The notes beneath the pieces are model-generated. The model ran no database searches. It saw nothing but the letters and a program-made list of their open reading frames with translations, and was not told the origin of the DNA. Below, one piece after another: positions 37,151 to 51,300 of a DNA stretch of 64,000 nucleotides (position 1 is the first letter of the stretch; every line of letters begins with the position of its first letter). The position numbers and the translations under genes are program-made. The stretch comes from Paraspadella gotoi (Eukaryota; Animalia; Chaetognatha): the NCBI GenBank assembly GCA_051294375.1, contig CM119264.1, positions 346,148-410,147 of the forward strand, in the 5' to 3' direction.

Positions 37151-37645
37151 GTATTGACAAAGCTACTGGTAATGATTGATAGAATAATTTATTTATTTTT
37201 TTTTTCATAGATTTATTAAGAAGTCTGTTATGATTTGTATAATCACAAAGTGAGAGTCAGACAAATTACTATGATTTATCATCGGATTAGCTTATTACCA
37301 CTTAATTATCGTAGGCAGACATTGCTTGCTCAAACTTGTTTCTCCCCCTTTTTGGTTTTAACGTTATTTTCTTCAATGTTTTAGTTCCTTTTTCTATTCT
37401 ATGACCCGTGTTACATTTCTTTCACAACTTTTTACATAGAAAAAAAATTACGTTGTTCTTTTTTGCATATTGCATACACTACTTTCTTTTGTTACTTCTC
37501 TCGCTTCTCTACGTCTCTCTCCCTCACTCCCTCTCTCTCTGTCTGTCTCTCTCACTCTCTCTCTCCCTCTCTCCTTCTATGATGGATGGAAAAAAGCGTA
37601 AACTGCAAATCGTTGCTTCACCACGGAAAGAGAGAGAGAGAAAGA

Positions 37646-37676
<31 letters not shown>

Positions 37677-38954
37677 CGACTGAGATGATAATAGAGAAAT
37701 AAAGCAAAAAGAAAAGGCGTAAAAGCGAAAAAAGCAGAAAAAATCAACTATAAAAATAAAAAGGAAAAAAAGAAAGAAAGAAAACAGTAGAATCGTTTAC
37801 CAACTATGTAGTTCTATTTTTATATAGTACTAGATTTCGTTTTTAAAAGGCACTCAAAACCCAGAATGTTTTTAACTCCTTCAACCACTAATTAAACAAG
37901 GTTGAGCAAACAATGCCGAATCTGTCCACGATCATAGGCAGTAAGAAATTAATTAATAAATTAAATAATTAATTAGTTAATATTAATTTTTTTTATTCGT
38001 TTCAAAATCGTTTTAAAGTTTGTCTCGCCTCTAAATCACAAAACTAAAATCTCGAGCACAAAATTAATTAATAAATTAAATAATTACAAATCAATTAATA
38101 ATTTATTTGTTTGTGCCTCTGTAGTTTCGATCACGTTGGCTGATACTTTAGTTCTTATTAAATAACGTTCAGTTTTTGGAACAGGTTGGCGAGTTTATTT
38201 ATACAACAAAACAATTGGCGACGAGGAACGGAGATAAAAATGTTGTTTCATAAAAACGAGTGTGAAATTAATTCTTTAATTTCGAGATTAAAATAAAAAA
38301 ACGTGAGAATAAAATCAATCAAAATAACCCCCACGGTGGTAAAAACGTTGAACGTTCTAGAGGCAACGACTTCTCTCTCTCTCTAAAACATTGCTAAAGT
38401 TAAAAATAAGACGGATACCAATTGTCCCCCTTTTTACCCTTTTCTTCCCGCGACTGAATCAGTTGTAAAACTTTTCCCTATTATTTGGGCCGTCTCAATC
38501 GCGATGTCGTCCGCCGGTGCGTCCGGACGTTGAACTTTCATTCCGCGCGGGAACGCACGCGTCGGCCGCCACGAGCGTCAAAACATTATTAATTACTAAT
38601 TTATTAATAATTAATTAATACAGCTCGCATTTACATTTAATAAAAAAGAAAAAAAGCTTAATCAAATAGTGAAAATTTTTTTTTGCAATTTAACTCATTT
38701 CCACTTAAACGATTTCATCGAAACTTTATTTCCGGCTCAATCAACACACATTCCTACCTACATACGAAAATTTAATTCTAATCGATCCATGTAATTATAA
38801 ATAAAAAAAGAAAAAAATTCAGGTAAATGTAGCTTATTTTTTCCATTTTAACTCATTTTCACCTAGACGATTCCTTCGAGACTTGATTTCCTGCTCAATC
38901 ACACACTTTTCTTCCCATATACAAAATTTCAAGTCAATCGCCACCTACAATTAT

Positions 38955-39372
38955 TACTTTAACCCCGATTTCAATTTTAATCCAATCCCTAACCTTAATT
39001 CCTAACCCTAATTCTTTACCCTAATCCCTAATCCTAATCTCTAACCTTAATCCTTATCCTTAATCCATAATCCTAATCCTTAATCATAATCACTAACCCT
39101 AATTCCTAACCTTAATCCCTAATCCTAAACGTAATCCCTAACCCTAATCCCTAACCTTAATCCCTAACCTTAATCTTATCCTGAACCCTATAACCCTAAA
39201 CCCTCATACCAAATTTTTAACCTTAAATCCTAATCCCTAATCCCTAACCCCTAATCACTTACCTAATCCCTATCATCAAATCACTAACCTACTCTCTATC
39301 CNNNNNNNNNNNNNNNNNNNNNNNNNCTTTACAATCAACTACCGTCTATATCTAATATCTTAACCCTAAACT
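38955..39372 (-). repeat. Degenerate telomere-like tract (CCCTAA/CCTAAT)
   Basis: Reverse-complement counterpart of 11530-11960. Confidence 0.85.
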
Positions 39373-39789
39373 CCGTTTTGTTATTTTTCGTTTATTCTGA
39401 CACATTCAGTAATGTCATTGTCACTCGTCACTTGTCATAATATTATTGCCTCACTATTTGTCTGACTGTCACCTGTCAAAACTCATGTCCACTGTCAGTT
39501 ACATGTAACTGTCACAATGACTGTACCGCCGGTCTTCCAACACGAATATCATTTTCCGCGTCACAAAGTTAATCTAACGTCATTAATCAAAATCACGTAA
39601 TTCGTGATTTTTCACCATATCATCCCAATCACCCTATAAACTGGTGAATGATTTACCAAACTAATTCCACCCTGTAAAAACCTGTTTCCGCAGTCTGTCG
39701 CAGATCACTGATTAGTGACTTGATCCAGAAAAATGCTTAACTCGATGCTCGCTGTTCGTCGCCAGCCGCGCCGCCGCCGCCCCCCGTTG

Positions 39790-42700
39790 TATATATTAAT
39801 GTACCATGCGTCGGGGTTAGTATTGGTTTCATATTGCGGTTGTGCTGGTTTTCGTCAGGTATTAACTCATATGTCATTCACCATCCCATTCTAGTGCTTA
39901 GCTATTGAAAGGCGGAAGCTACCTGAAATTTTCATATTCTCGATCTTATACGATGCTTCGACTTTTTTGCTTACCTCAGTTCTAGTTTACGTTTGTTCCA
40001 AAAGACTCGCGTTCACTCGTAGATCATCTGAAGGGTCAGCAAGAGTACGGAAAAAACTCCGTCATCAATATTAATTATATTACTTTATCAGTTATTATAA
40101 TTTTATTATTTTTTTTGACAATTGATTTCCCACCTAGTTAGTTAACACCCCTACTGTGATGGTTTGCACCTAATCAGCCATTTGAAAAAAACTTTTGTTC
40201 ACACTTTTTGCCGCAAATTGCAAAATATTTCAGATTGTGGATGTGTGAGTAAATGGGAAAAGTGAGGAATATTTAGAAATATTTGCAATTTTAAAGAATC
40301 TTAGGTCGTTTCTGAGAAAATAACGGCCTAAAAAAGGCATTTTGTGTTAAAGAACTATTCTCATTTAATTTAAAGTAGCTCCAAGATCCTATATATTTTT
40401 TTCTATGTACATTTATTCCGAGCGTATTTAAATTGTTTGTATATAATTATAAACACCTGTAATAAAATTTATTTTTTGCAATAACTATGACTTTTCAACT
40501 TAGAAATCCAGGATCCGGCTTCCATTATTGGTTTTCATCCGTAGACGATGTTCCAGGTTTTTGATTTTCCCAAACTTTTCTGTTTTGTTGTTTATGTCAC
40601 CGTTTTCTAAACAGTAATTATAGTTTTGTGAAAATTTAGCAAGGCTTCATTAGAAACAAGTTTGGAGCAATATTGCGCATTTATATTTAATTAAAAAGTC
40701 TAATCCAATGGAGAAAAAAAGTTTTTTTTTCATTAACTATTTATAAGATATATCGAATTAATTTCAACAACAACTTACAAAAAAATACAAAACCCATACA
40801 ATTCAATTAACTGTCCAAATCATAGGGTATAAAACACAAACGTCGATGAATCATTTTGACATTATCAGAGATTCCCGGATGCTGACATAATTAGTAATTG
40901 CATGCAATACTCTAAATCAGATCTTAGTCATTGAGACAATCACTTGGCCTCTTAGTACACTAGCTTACACTATCGCCTGTTCTCAATATCGTCTACTGTC
41001 TCCCCTACATCCTCTCTACTCATCGTCACACGACACTCTTCACTCGTACTCATCTCCGTCTCTTACTCCATCTGCTTCTGGCGCCACTCCTGTCTTTCCA
41101 CATCTGGATTCACCCGCGCGTTCGGGCTCACGTCTCATCTAACTCACCGTCTCCTTTGAGTTTGGGATGGAGTCTCTCTCTGGCTACCTCCTCGGCCGCC
41201 TAGCACAGCGTTGCTGCTGCATATTTGTTCAGACCGTCCATGTCAATCGGTCTCGGTTATGAAAAATTACCCCTCCTCTTCTATCCCAGACCTCTGACAG
41301 CCTTCCAATCTACTCTCGGAAACCCCTTGCTTCCTCCTCATCTCATCAGCTTATACCTTCTATCTTCCAAGGAGTTATGTTTTTCCCACAGCTACCCAGA
41401 ATTCATTGCTAAACCTCGAGAGGTAATTAAAATGAAATAAGTTAACTTATTTCGATTTAGGCTTTTAGAGATCATTTTCCTTCCTAATTGATGGAGCCTT
41501 GTATTACCCAATAAAACGCGATCCGTCGCAACGAGAGACGGAAGCGCCAAGAGTGTCTTAGTAATACTCTCTCTCGATCAATTGTATTTTCTATGTCGGC
41601 CTATAGAGCTCTCGGAGATGTGGCATCGATGCGACTGCCGAACTGTATTTGACCATTTGCCACGTTTTGAATCTCGCAGGTTGGCCTAGATTCCTCCAGA
41701 GGTGGAACGAATACCCATCAGCCTCAAACTGAGGACCATTAAGGGATATACCCAGGGAATATAAGGTTTCTACCCTAAATTTAAGCTGGCACGTGCACGG
41801 CCATCTCCACCAACAGCAGCCTTTGGGAGGATGAGACTTTGGCCCTTACCAAATCATCTCTCACAGCTAACTGGCGCGCCTGGTTTCTCAGCGCCCGCCA
41901 CCCACTCCCGATGTTTTGAGACCCGTTTTGCAATGGACAGTCCCTTTTAGAGCGCGCTTAAAGTTGTGGATAAAGGAGATAAACTGAAATCAGACTACTG
42001 ATTAAGGCGCCTCATCCATCAATATTACCGCGTTTCTTGTAATCATACGTAGACGCAGACGGTTGAAGATATCAAATTGTTTCTCAACTTTCCTTTTTTC
42101 AATAGATTAATTTACAACTCTTTTCGACGATCGATCCCCATTTCTAGTTTATGTTGAATATTCTGAATAATATACGGAGCTTGAATCTCTCCTATTATTC
42201 AGCGCCAAGCTGTTGCGCCTCTGTGTTTAAGGCTAATCCGGTGGCAACCGTTTTTGCTACCAATTTACGTTCGCTAGAGGCGCGTTTCTAACCAATCTCG
42301 ATATTGCCAGACTTCGCTCCAAAGATCCAGAGTATTACCTATTTTTAGAGACGAAGGAGATGCCTGTCGAGTGAGGAGAATTAAAGTATATTACTTTTTT
42401 GTCGTGCCGAGCTGTCAGAGAAATGCATATTTTTGTTGTGTTCCGACTTACTCGTTATAGCCAAATACTATTCCTCCACATTCCCATTTTCCTAGAGTTG
42501 CGTAATATTCTTGTTTATCCTCAGAGATCGGATTTTTCCATTCTCCAACTTCTCCTGGGGGCCACCGGCATTGCTGAGATTGGAACGGAGTAGCTATGCA
42601 TGGTTAAAGAATTTCGTCTTTTTTAACTAAATATCTTCAGGCAGTCTTTTAGTACTCTTGGGTCGGTCTACTGGTTTGCGTTTAGTTTAATTTTGATATT

Positions 42701-44750
42701 TTAAAGCCCCTTAATGAGATTGGTGCGTTTGTCATGTCCATGCTACTTCCCTACCACCTTCATGCAGGCGGTGCATTTTCTGCTATTGCTTTCTCCTAAT
42801 GAGAGCTAACTAGTACAGTTGCCATTATGTGAATATAACCAAGATATTCTCTCGGTTTCTTCGTCAATTAATATATTATTTTTCTGTTGTGCGATGTGAT
42901 ATTATATATTTGTGTGATTCGCGTTTCATATTTAATAGTTTATTATTCTTTTTAAATTGAGCACATAACCTCCACCTTTCTCTTTCAACAATTTCTCACT
43001 TACACTTTGTATAAATTTAATTCTACTTCAAAGATAAAATACAATATGTTTAAATTAAAAAATTTACACAAACAATACGCTTAGTCGTATCTCTATAAGT
43101 GCTCGCTAGATATAGATATATATTTTATTTTTTTTTTTTATTTCATTTCACTATTTATTATATATTTGAAACTCATATACAACGTAGATAGGCGCTCAGT
43201 ATAATGATCATGCTCGATGATAATAAATGTGTCTCTCTAAACGTAAGTATAATTGTATTTGGACTCTGAAATATCGTAAATGTGATAAGCACGGCTCAAC
43301 TCTCATTTTTTCGGCAGTCATATAAGATTATAATAAGTTTTTATTGATTAAACATTGTGTTCTCTAAATAAGAGGTGACCACCTCGCAACAAGAGCAGGC
43401 GAAAATGCAAATATTACATCTACTCATTCATTTTTAAATATCCACAGAACTCTTAGTTTACTAAGAGATTGATCGGTGAACTAAGAAAAATTATTAGTGA
43501 TAATCTTACATCTACATAATGCGAGCCCTAATTAACAGAAGGTGGGAAGTGGATAGGATTAAAAAAACATTTACCGCCAAACCCAGATTTTCCATGATAT
43601 TCCGCGGCCATTGGTGCCTCGGTAGGTGTCTTATAAGTCATCGTGTCCTCTACAACCCAAAAAGTCGCCAGTTGGGTTTTCTTATGTTGGGGCCCCCCTA
43701 CTTTTGTTGTTGTGGTCGCCTGGCAGTTGATAGAGAGGGACGGGGCCGCTTTACCCGCCGACACTGGTTATAAAAGCCAATAGTTAATATCTTTTTGTTT
43801 TAACTATCCAACTCACGACCGAAGCATATTACTTGATTCCTCGAATATAGGAAGCTCAGCGCGAACTGCTAATTTATAAGATTGAACGGTATCTGCTCCA
43901 ACGTTATACATACCTGGCATATACAATTATATTATGTCTCGTTCAAGAAGTCTAATCAATCTCCAAGAAACTCAAATCTATTGCTTATCTTTGTTACCCA
44001 ATTTTAATAGAATGAAGGTCTTGCGTTTCGATGAGAGACACTAGAACTACCATCCCGCCCACCCACAGATCGGCCACCGCAACTATTCGCACTGCGGCTG
44101 CTTAAAGCCTTTCTCTGGGTCTGGCCCGCCGTGAGTCCCAGGATCCGGGAAAAACCGCCCAAGAGGGAAATCCTTATCTCCCGCATTGTCGTGCTCGTCG
44201 ACTTTCTTCTCTGGGCGCCAAATCGTACGACATTAACGCCCCCAAACCCGGTTTGGAAGAACCGAACCGGGTGCTGAGGGAGGAGCAGCGTCTATCGACG
44301 ACCGAGTCCGGCAGAGATGGTTATACTTGTGTACTAGTAAAGCTGATGGGCTGTGAGGTAACAAGACCGAAGAAAAGACTGGTAATGTCCAATATGAGAA
44401 AGAGGATGAGAGCGGAAAAGTGGACAATAAGTAGTAAGTGAATGATATAGGGGTTTTTCGGGTTTTACGTCTGTCCCGTCCCCGTATTTTTTTTTTATTT
44501 TTTTTTATCTCGCGTTGCGAACGAGCGACGCTTGTCAACTACATTTTTGTCTTAAAGACGAGACGGAACGATCCTAGCGTTTTAGCTTTATATAGCCACG
44601 GTTTTTTTTGTTTGATATTACAATTAATAAAATTGAAAACCTTTAACGGTTATAACACTATATTTACTACACATCTTGTGATAGCCGATCGCGCGAAGAA
44701 TCCCTTCTTCACGGGAGAACTGAAAAGCGTTTTTACAGCGAAACAGATGA
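39790..44750 (+). other. Highly noisy duplicate of about 53620-57410, including the ankyrin exons; likely uncorrected long-read sequence
   Basis: Colinear anchors such as CAGATCGGC..GCTTAAAGCC (44086~56630) and GACATTAACGCCCC..CGGTTTGGAA (44228~56742), with dense single-base insertions. Confidence 0.7.
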
Positions 44751-45307
44751 AGCACAAAACACAAAATTTCTGAGCCGATTTTCTTTCGATTTTTATGAAA
44801 AAAAACAACGAAAAAATATTTTTTTAAAAAACATAACTAAACACAAACGAATTAAAAATAAACATGGCGCCGTTTCAAACGGTTCTAAAGATACGTAGCT
44901 TTTTTTTTTGCGCAGCATACGATAGTATTTATTTAATTCTAGTCCTATCACATTCGATGTGTCTGCACCATATGAGACAACTGGCTGGAAGTGCGAGAGA
45001 GAGAGAGAGAGAGAGTGGGGAGAGCAATTCTGCCCTCTCAGGCGCCATCTCATGGCAATTATGCTATCCTAGGTGCCATCTCAATTGCCATCCGAGGTGC
45101 CATCTTATGAAAATTATGCCATCTCAGATGCCATCTCCATCGCCATCGTAGCATCCATCTCATGGCAATTATGCCATCTCAGATGCCATCTCAATTGCCA
45201 TCTCCTCTGCCATTCATCGTTTTCTTATCTCAATCGATTCGACGCCACAAGCAAAGAGGCGATAACTCGGCACCTGTCCTCCGGCACCTGCTCGTTTGCG
45301 ACCTGTC

Positions 45308-45344
<37 letters not shown>

Positions 45345-46804
45345 CTCTCTCTTTCTCCCTTCTCTCCTTCTATGATGGATGAAAAAAGCTGGTAAAACTG
45401 CAAATCGTTTGCTTCACCACGGAAGAGAAGAGAGAGAAAGAAAAGAGAAAGAGAGAGAGAGAGAGCGGACTGAGCATGATAAGAGAAGATAAAGCAAAAA
45501 GAAAAGGCGGTAAAAGCGAAAAAAGCAGAGTAAAAATCAACTATAAAAATAAAAAGGAAAAAAAGAAAGAAGAAAACAGTAGAATCGCTTTTACCAACTA
45601 TGCTAGTTCTTTATTTTTACTTATAGTACTAGATTTTCGTTTTTAAAAGGCACTCAAAAACCCAGATGTTTTTAACTCGGTCAACCACTAATTAAACAAG
45701 GTTGAGCAAACAATGCCGAATCTGTCCACGATCATAGCTCCAATAAGAAATTAATTATAAATTAAATAAATTAATTAGTTAATATTATTTTTTTTTATTC
45801 GTTTCAAAATTCGTTTTTTAAAAGTTTGTCTCGCCTCTAAATCACAAAAACTTTAAAATCTCGAGCACAAAATTAATTAATAAATTTTAAATTAATACAA
45901 TCAATTAATAATTTTATTGTTTGTGCCCTCTGTAGTTTCGATCACGTTGGCTGACCTTTTAGTTTCTCCCATATTAAAGTAACGTTTCAGTTTGGACACA
46001 GGTTTGGCGAGTTTATTTATCAAAAACAAAACAATTGGCGACGAGGGAACGGAGATAAAATGTTTGTTTTCATAAAAAACGAGTGTGAAATTAATTCTTT
46101 TAATTTCGAGCATTAAAATTAAAAACGTGAGAATAAAATCAATCCAAAATAAACCCCAACGGTGGTTAAAAACGTGAACGTTCTAGAGCGCAACGACTTC
46201 TCTCTTCTCTAAAACATTGCTAAAGTTTAAAAATAAGACGGATACTAATTGTGGCGCTTATTACCCTTTCCTTGCAGCGGACATTAGACAACTGAATCAT
46301 TTGTAAAACTTTTCCCTATTTTTGGGCCGTCTCGATCGCGATGTCGTCCCGCCGGTGGCTCCACGGACGGTTTGACTTTCATTCCGCGCCCGGAACGCAC
46401 GCGTTCGGCCGCCGCCCAACGAGCGGCACCATTACTAATTACAAATTATTAATAATTAAATATACAGCTCGCATTTACATTTAATAAAAAGAAAAAAGCT
46501 TAATCAAATAGTGAAAATTTTTTGCAATTTTAACTCATTCCAACTTAAACGATTTCATCGAAACTTTATCCGGCTTCAATCACACACATTCCTTACCTAC
46601 ATACAAAATTTATTCTAATCGATCCATGTTAATATAAATAAAAAAAATGAAAAAAATTCAGAATTAAATGTAGCTTATTTTTTCCATTTTAACTCATTTT
46701 CACCTAGACATTTCCTTCGAGACTTGATTTCCTGCCTCAATCACACACTTTTCTTCCCCACTATACAAAATTTTTTCAGTCAATCGCCACCTACAATTAT
46801 TACT

Positions 46805-47202
46805 TTAACCCCGATTTGAATTTTAATCCAATCCCTAACCTGTAATTCCTAACCCTAATTCTCTTTCCCCCCTTACCCTAATCCCTAATCCTAATCCTAA
46901 CCTTAATCCTTATCCTTAATCCAATAATCCTAATCCTAATCATAATCACTAAACCCTAATTCCTAACCTTTATCCCTAATCCTAAACGTTAATCCCTAAC
47001 CCTTAATCCCTAACCTTAAATCCCTAACCTAATCTTATCCTGAACCCTATAACCCTAAACCCCATACCAAATCTTTAACCTTAAATCCTAATCCCTAATC
47101 CCTAACCCCTAATCACTTACCTAATCCCTATCATCAAATCAACTAACCTACTCTCTATCCTAAATCAATTAACCTCGTCTAATCTAATCGCTAACCCTAA
47201 AA
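46805..47202 (-). repeat. Degenerate telomere-like tract (CCCTAA/CCTAAT)
   Basis: Same block as 38955. An exact duplicate lies at 50204-50601. Confidence 0.85.
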
Positions 47203-47239
47203 CTCCGTTTTTTGTCTATTTTTTTCTGTCTTTATTCTG

Positions 47240-47375
47240 ACGACTGTCATAATTCATTGTCACTGTCACTGTCATAATAGTCATTGTCCTGTCCACTGTC
47301 ATTAATTGTCATGCACTGTCACTGTCAAAAATTGTCACTGTCACTGCTCACTGTAAGTTACAGTGTAACTGTCAA
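47240..47375. repeat. (TGTCAC)n hexamer tract
   Basis: Direct reading. Copies at 39410-39525 and 50640-50790. Confidence 0.75.
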
Positions 47376-47629
47376 CAATTGAACTTGAAATACCGCGGCT
47401 TCCCAAACCGAATAATTCATTTTCACGCGCTCACAAAGTAATCTACGTCATTTAACTCAAAATCACGGTACATCGTGATTTTTTTTCACCATTTCACCCA
47501 CATCACCCTATAACTGGTGGAATGAATTTACCAAACATAATCACCACCTGTAAAACCTGTTCCGCAGTTTCGCAGATTCACTGATTACGTGAACTTTTGA
47601 TCGAAGAAAATGTGACTCGATGTCGCTTC

Positions 47630-47745
47630 GTCGTCGCCAGCCGCCGCCGGCCGCCGCCGCCGCCGCCGCCAGCCGCCGCCGCCGCCCGCCGCGCCCCGCC
47701 CTCGCCGCCCCCCCCTCCGCCGCCGCCGCAGCCGCCAGCCGCCGA
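47630..47745. repeat. (CCG)n GC-rich tract
   Basis: Direct reading. Copies at 51070-51190, 39760-39786 and, inverted, 7890-7985. Confidence 0.85.
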
Positions 47746-48276
47746 CTTTCCGAAACCCAAATTGTTGCTTCGTAATCAAACCTTGTGATTAAATCGTCTT
47801 CAGGAATCTCACTTATTTTTTAAGGTCGGCAGTTGTTTTGTCGACCGATCGTCGGTCGATGGCGGATAGAGAGAGAGGGAAGAGAGAGAAAGGAGAGGGA
47901 GAGAGAGAGACAAGGGAGAGAGAGATGAAAGAAAGAAAGAAGAGAGAGAGAGAGAGAGAGAGTGGAAGAGCAATTCTGCCTCTTCAGGGCGCCATCTCAT
48001 TGGCAATATGCTATCCCTAGGTGCCAATCTCAAATTGCCATCGAAGCGTGCATCTATTGAAAAATTATGCCATCTCAGATTGCCATTTCTCCATCGCCAT
48101 CGTAAGCATCCATCTCATGGCAAGTTATTGCCATCTCAGATTGCCATCTTCAATTTGCATCTCCTCTGCCATTCATCGTTTTCTTATCTCAATCGATTCG
48201 ACGCCACAGCAAGAGGGGGGAGGCGCATAACTCCGGCACCCTGCCTCCGGCACCTGCCTCGTTTGCGACCTGTCAT

Positions 48277-48322
<46 letters not shown>

Positions 48323-51300
48323 CTTCTCTCTCTCTCTCTCTTTTCTTTAAAAACATAAAAATTAATCNNNNNNNNNNNNNNNNNNNNNNNNNATAAATTA
48401 ACAAAGAATCAATAAAATCGCCTCAACTCGTGACATCCCCGACTTCTTTCCCTCGTTATTGACCGGGCGTCATATCGACTTTTCATGAGGACGATGACGA
48501 CGATGACAACGACGATGACGACGACAACGATGAAGAAGATGACGACGACGATGAAGACGACGACGATGAAGACGACGATGATGATGAGGATGAAGAAGAC
48601 GACAACGAGGAAGACGATGATGACGACAAATATGACAAGGATNNNNNNNNNNTTTATCTCTTCGTTGATAGAATCGCGTCGATATGTCGTTAGGAGAGGA
48701 AGAAGGGGAGGGAGAGAGAGGAGAGAGAGAGAGAGAGAGAGCACTCTCTCTTTCTCCCTTCTCTCCTTCTATGATGGATGAAAAAAGCTGGTAAAACTGC
48801 AAATCGTTTGCTTCACCACGGAAGAGAAGAGAGAGAAAGAAAAGAGAAAGAGAGAGAGAGAGAGCGGACTGAGCATGATAAGAGAAGATAAAGCAAAAAG
48901 AAAAGGCGGTAAAAGCGAAAAAAGCAGAGTAAAAATCAACTATAAAAATAAAAAGGAAAAAAAGAAAGAAGAAAACAGTAGAATCGCTTTTACCAACTAT
49001 GCTAGTTCTTTATTTTTACTTATAGTACTAGATTTTCGTTTTTAAAAGGCACTCAAAAACCCAGATGTTTTTAACTCGGTCAACCACTAATTAAACAAGG
49101 TTGAGCAAACAATGCCGAATCTGTCCACGATCATAGCTCCAATAAGAAATTAATTATAAATTAAATAAATTAATTAGTTAATATTATTTTTTTTTATTCG
49201 TTTCAAAATTCGTTTTTTAAAAGTTTGTCTCGCCTCTAAATCACAAAAACTTTAAAATCTCGAGCACAAAATTAATTAATAAATTTTAAATTAATACAAT
49301 CAATTAATAATTTTATTGTTTGTGCCCTCTGTAGTTTCGATCACGTTGGCTGACCTTTTAGTTTCTCCCATATTAAAGTAACGTTTCAGTTTGGACACAG
49401 GTTTGGCGAGTTTATTTATCAAAAACAAAACAATTGGCGACGAGGGAACGGAGATAAAATGTTTGTTTTCATAAAAAACGAGTGTGAAATTAATTCTTTT
49501 AATTTCGAGCATTAAAATTAAAAACGTGAGAATAAAATCAATCCAAAATAAACCCCAACGGTGGTTAAAAACGTGAACGTTCTAGAGCGCAACGACTTCT
49601 CTCTTCTCTAAAACATTGCTAAAGTTTAAAAATAAGACGGATACTAATTGTGGCGCTTATTACCCTTTCCTTGCAGCGGACATTAGACAACTGAATCATT
49701 TGTAAAACTTTTCCCTATTTTTGGGCCGTCTCGATCGCGATGTCGTCCCGCCGGTGGCTCCACGGACGGTTTGACTTTCATTCCGCGCCCGGAACGCACG
49801 CGTTCGGCCGCCGCCCAACGAGCGGCACCATTACTAATTACAAATTATTAATAATTAAATATACAGCTCGCATTTACATTTAATAAAAAGAAAAAAGCTT
49901 AATCAAATAGTGAAAATTTTTTGCAATTTTAACTCATTCCAACTTAAACGATTTCATCGAAACTTTATCCGGCTTCAATCACACACATTCCTTACCTACA
50001 TACAAAATTTATTCTAATCGATCCATGTTAATATAAATAAAAAAAATGAAAAAAATTCAGAATTAAATGTAGCTTATTTTTTCCATTTTAACTCATTTTC
50101 ACCTAGACATTTCCTTCGAGACTTGATTTCCTGCCTCAATCACACACTTTTCTTCCCCACTATACAAAATTTTTTCAGTCAATCGCCACCTACAATTATT
50201 ACTTTAACCCCGATTTGAATTTTAATCCAATCCCTAACCTGTAATTCCTAACCCTAATTCTCTTTCCCCCCTTACCCTAATCCCTAATCCTAATCCTAAC
50301 CTTAATCCTTATCCTTAATCCAATAATCCTAATCCTAATCATAATCACTAAACCCTAATTCCTAACCTTTATCCCTAATCCTAAACGTTAATCCCTAACC
50401 CTTAATCCCTAACCTTAAATCCCTAACCTAATCTTATCCTGAACCCTATAACCCTAAACCCCATACCAAATCTTTAACCTTAAATCCTAATCCCTAATCC
50501 CTAACCCCTAATCACTTACCTAATCCCTATCATCAAATCAACTAACCTACTCTCTATCCTAAATCAATTAACCTCGTCTAATCTAATCGCTAACCCTAAA
50601 ACTCCGTTTTTTGTCTATTTTTTTCTGTCTTTATTCTGACGACTGTCATAATTCATTGTCACTGTCACTGTCATAATAGTCACTTCGTGCCCTGTCCACT
50701 GTCATTAATTGTCATTGTCAGGCTTGGTCACTGTTCAAAAATTGTCACTGTGCACTCGTCACTGTAAGTTAAGTGTAACCTGTCAACAATTGACTTGAGA
50801 TACCAACAGCGGCTTCCGCAAACGTTAATAATGATCATTCTTCAGCGCGTCAGCAAAGTAATCTAGCGTCATTAATCTTACAAAATCATGCGGTAGCAGT
50901 CGTGAATTTTTTTCACGCATATTTCACCACATCACGGATACGCTATAGTACTGGTGAATGAATTTACCAAACATAATCACACCTGTAAAACCTGTTCGCG
51001 GCAGTTTGCGCAGATTCACTGATTACGTGAACTTTTGATCCGAGAAAATTGTGACTCGATGTCGCTCCGTCGTCGCCAGCGCGCCGGCCGCCGGCCGCAC
51101 GCCGGCCAGCCGCCGCCGGCCGCCACGCGGCGCCGCCCTCGGCCGGCCCCCCCTGGCCGCCGCCGCCGGCAGCCGCCAGCCGCCGCTTCCGAAACACAAC
51201 ACTTGTTGCTTGGCGTAATCAAACCTTGTGATTAAATCGTGCTTGCAGAGATCTCAGCTTATTTTTTAAGGTGGCATTTGTGTTCTTGTTGTTTGTCGAC

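Noticed and set aside
36881-37179. ORFs with (QLTKLC)n / (PVDQIM)n repeats
   Set aside because: Products of an 18-bp minisatellite that is open in more than one frame and frameshifted in other copies.
38955-39372. True telomere or chromosome-fusion site
   Set aside because: The units are degenerate and mixed, the tract is short, and it is embedded in the same repeat context in every copy.
39790-44750. Apparent pseudogene or paralogue of the ankyrin exons
   Set aside because: Differences are dense single-base insertions spread over both exons and introns, inflating the length by about a third. This is typical of an uncorrected long read, not of evolutionary decay.
45343-50682. Exact ~1.94-kb direct duplication (45343-47283 = 48742-50682), including identical 70-aa ORFs
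   Set aside because: It appears base-for-base identical, including apparent read errors, and lies next to N gaps. Most likely a gap-filling artefact. The ORFs are AT-rich chance frames.
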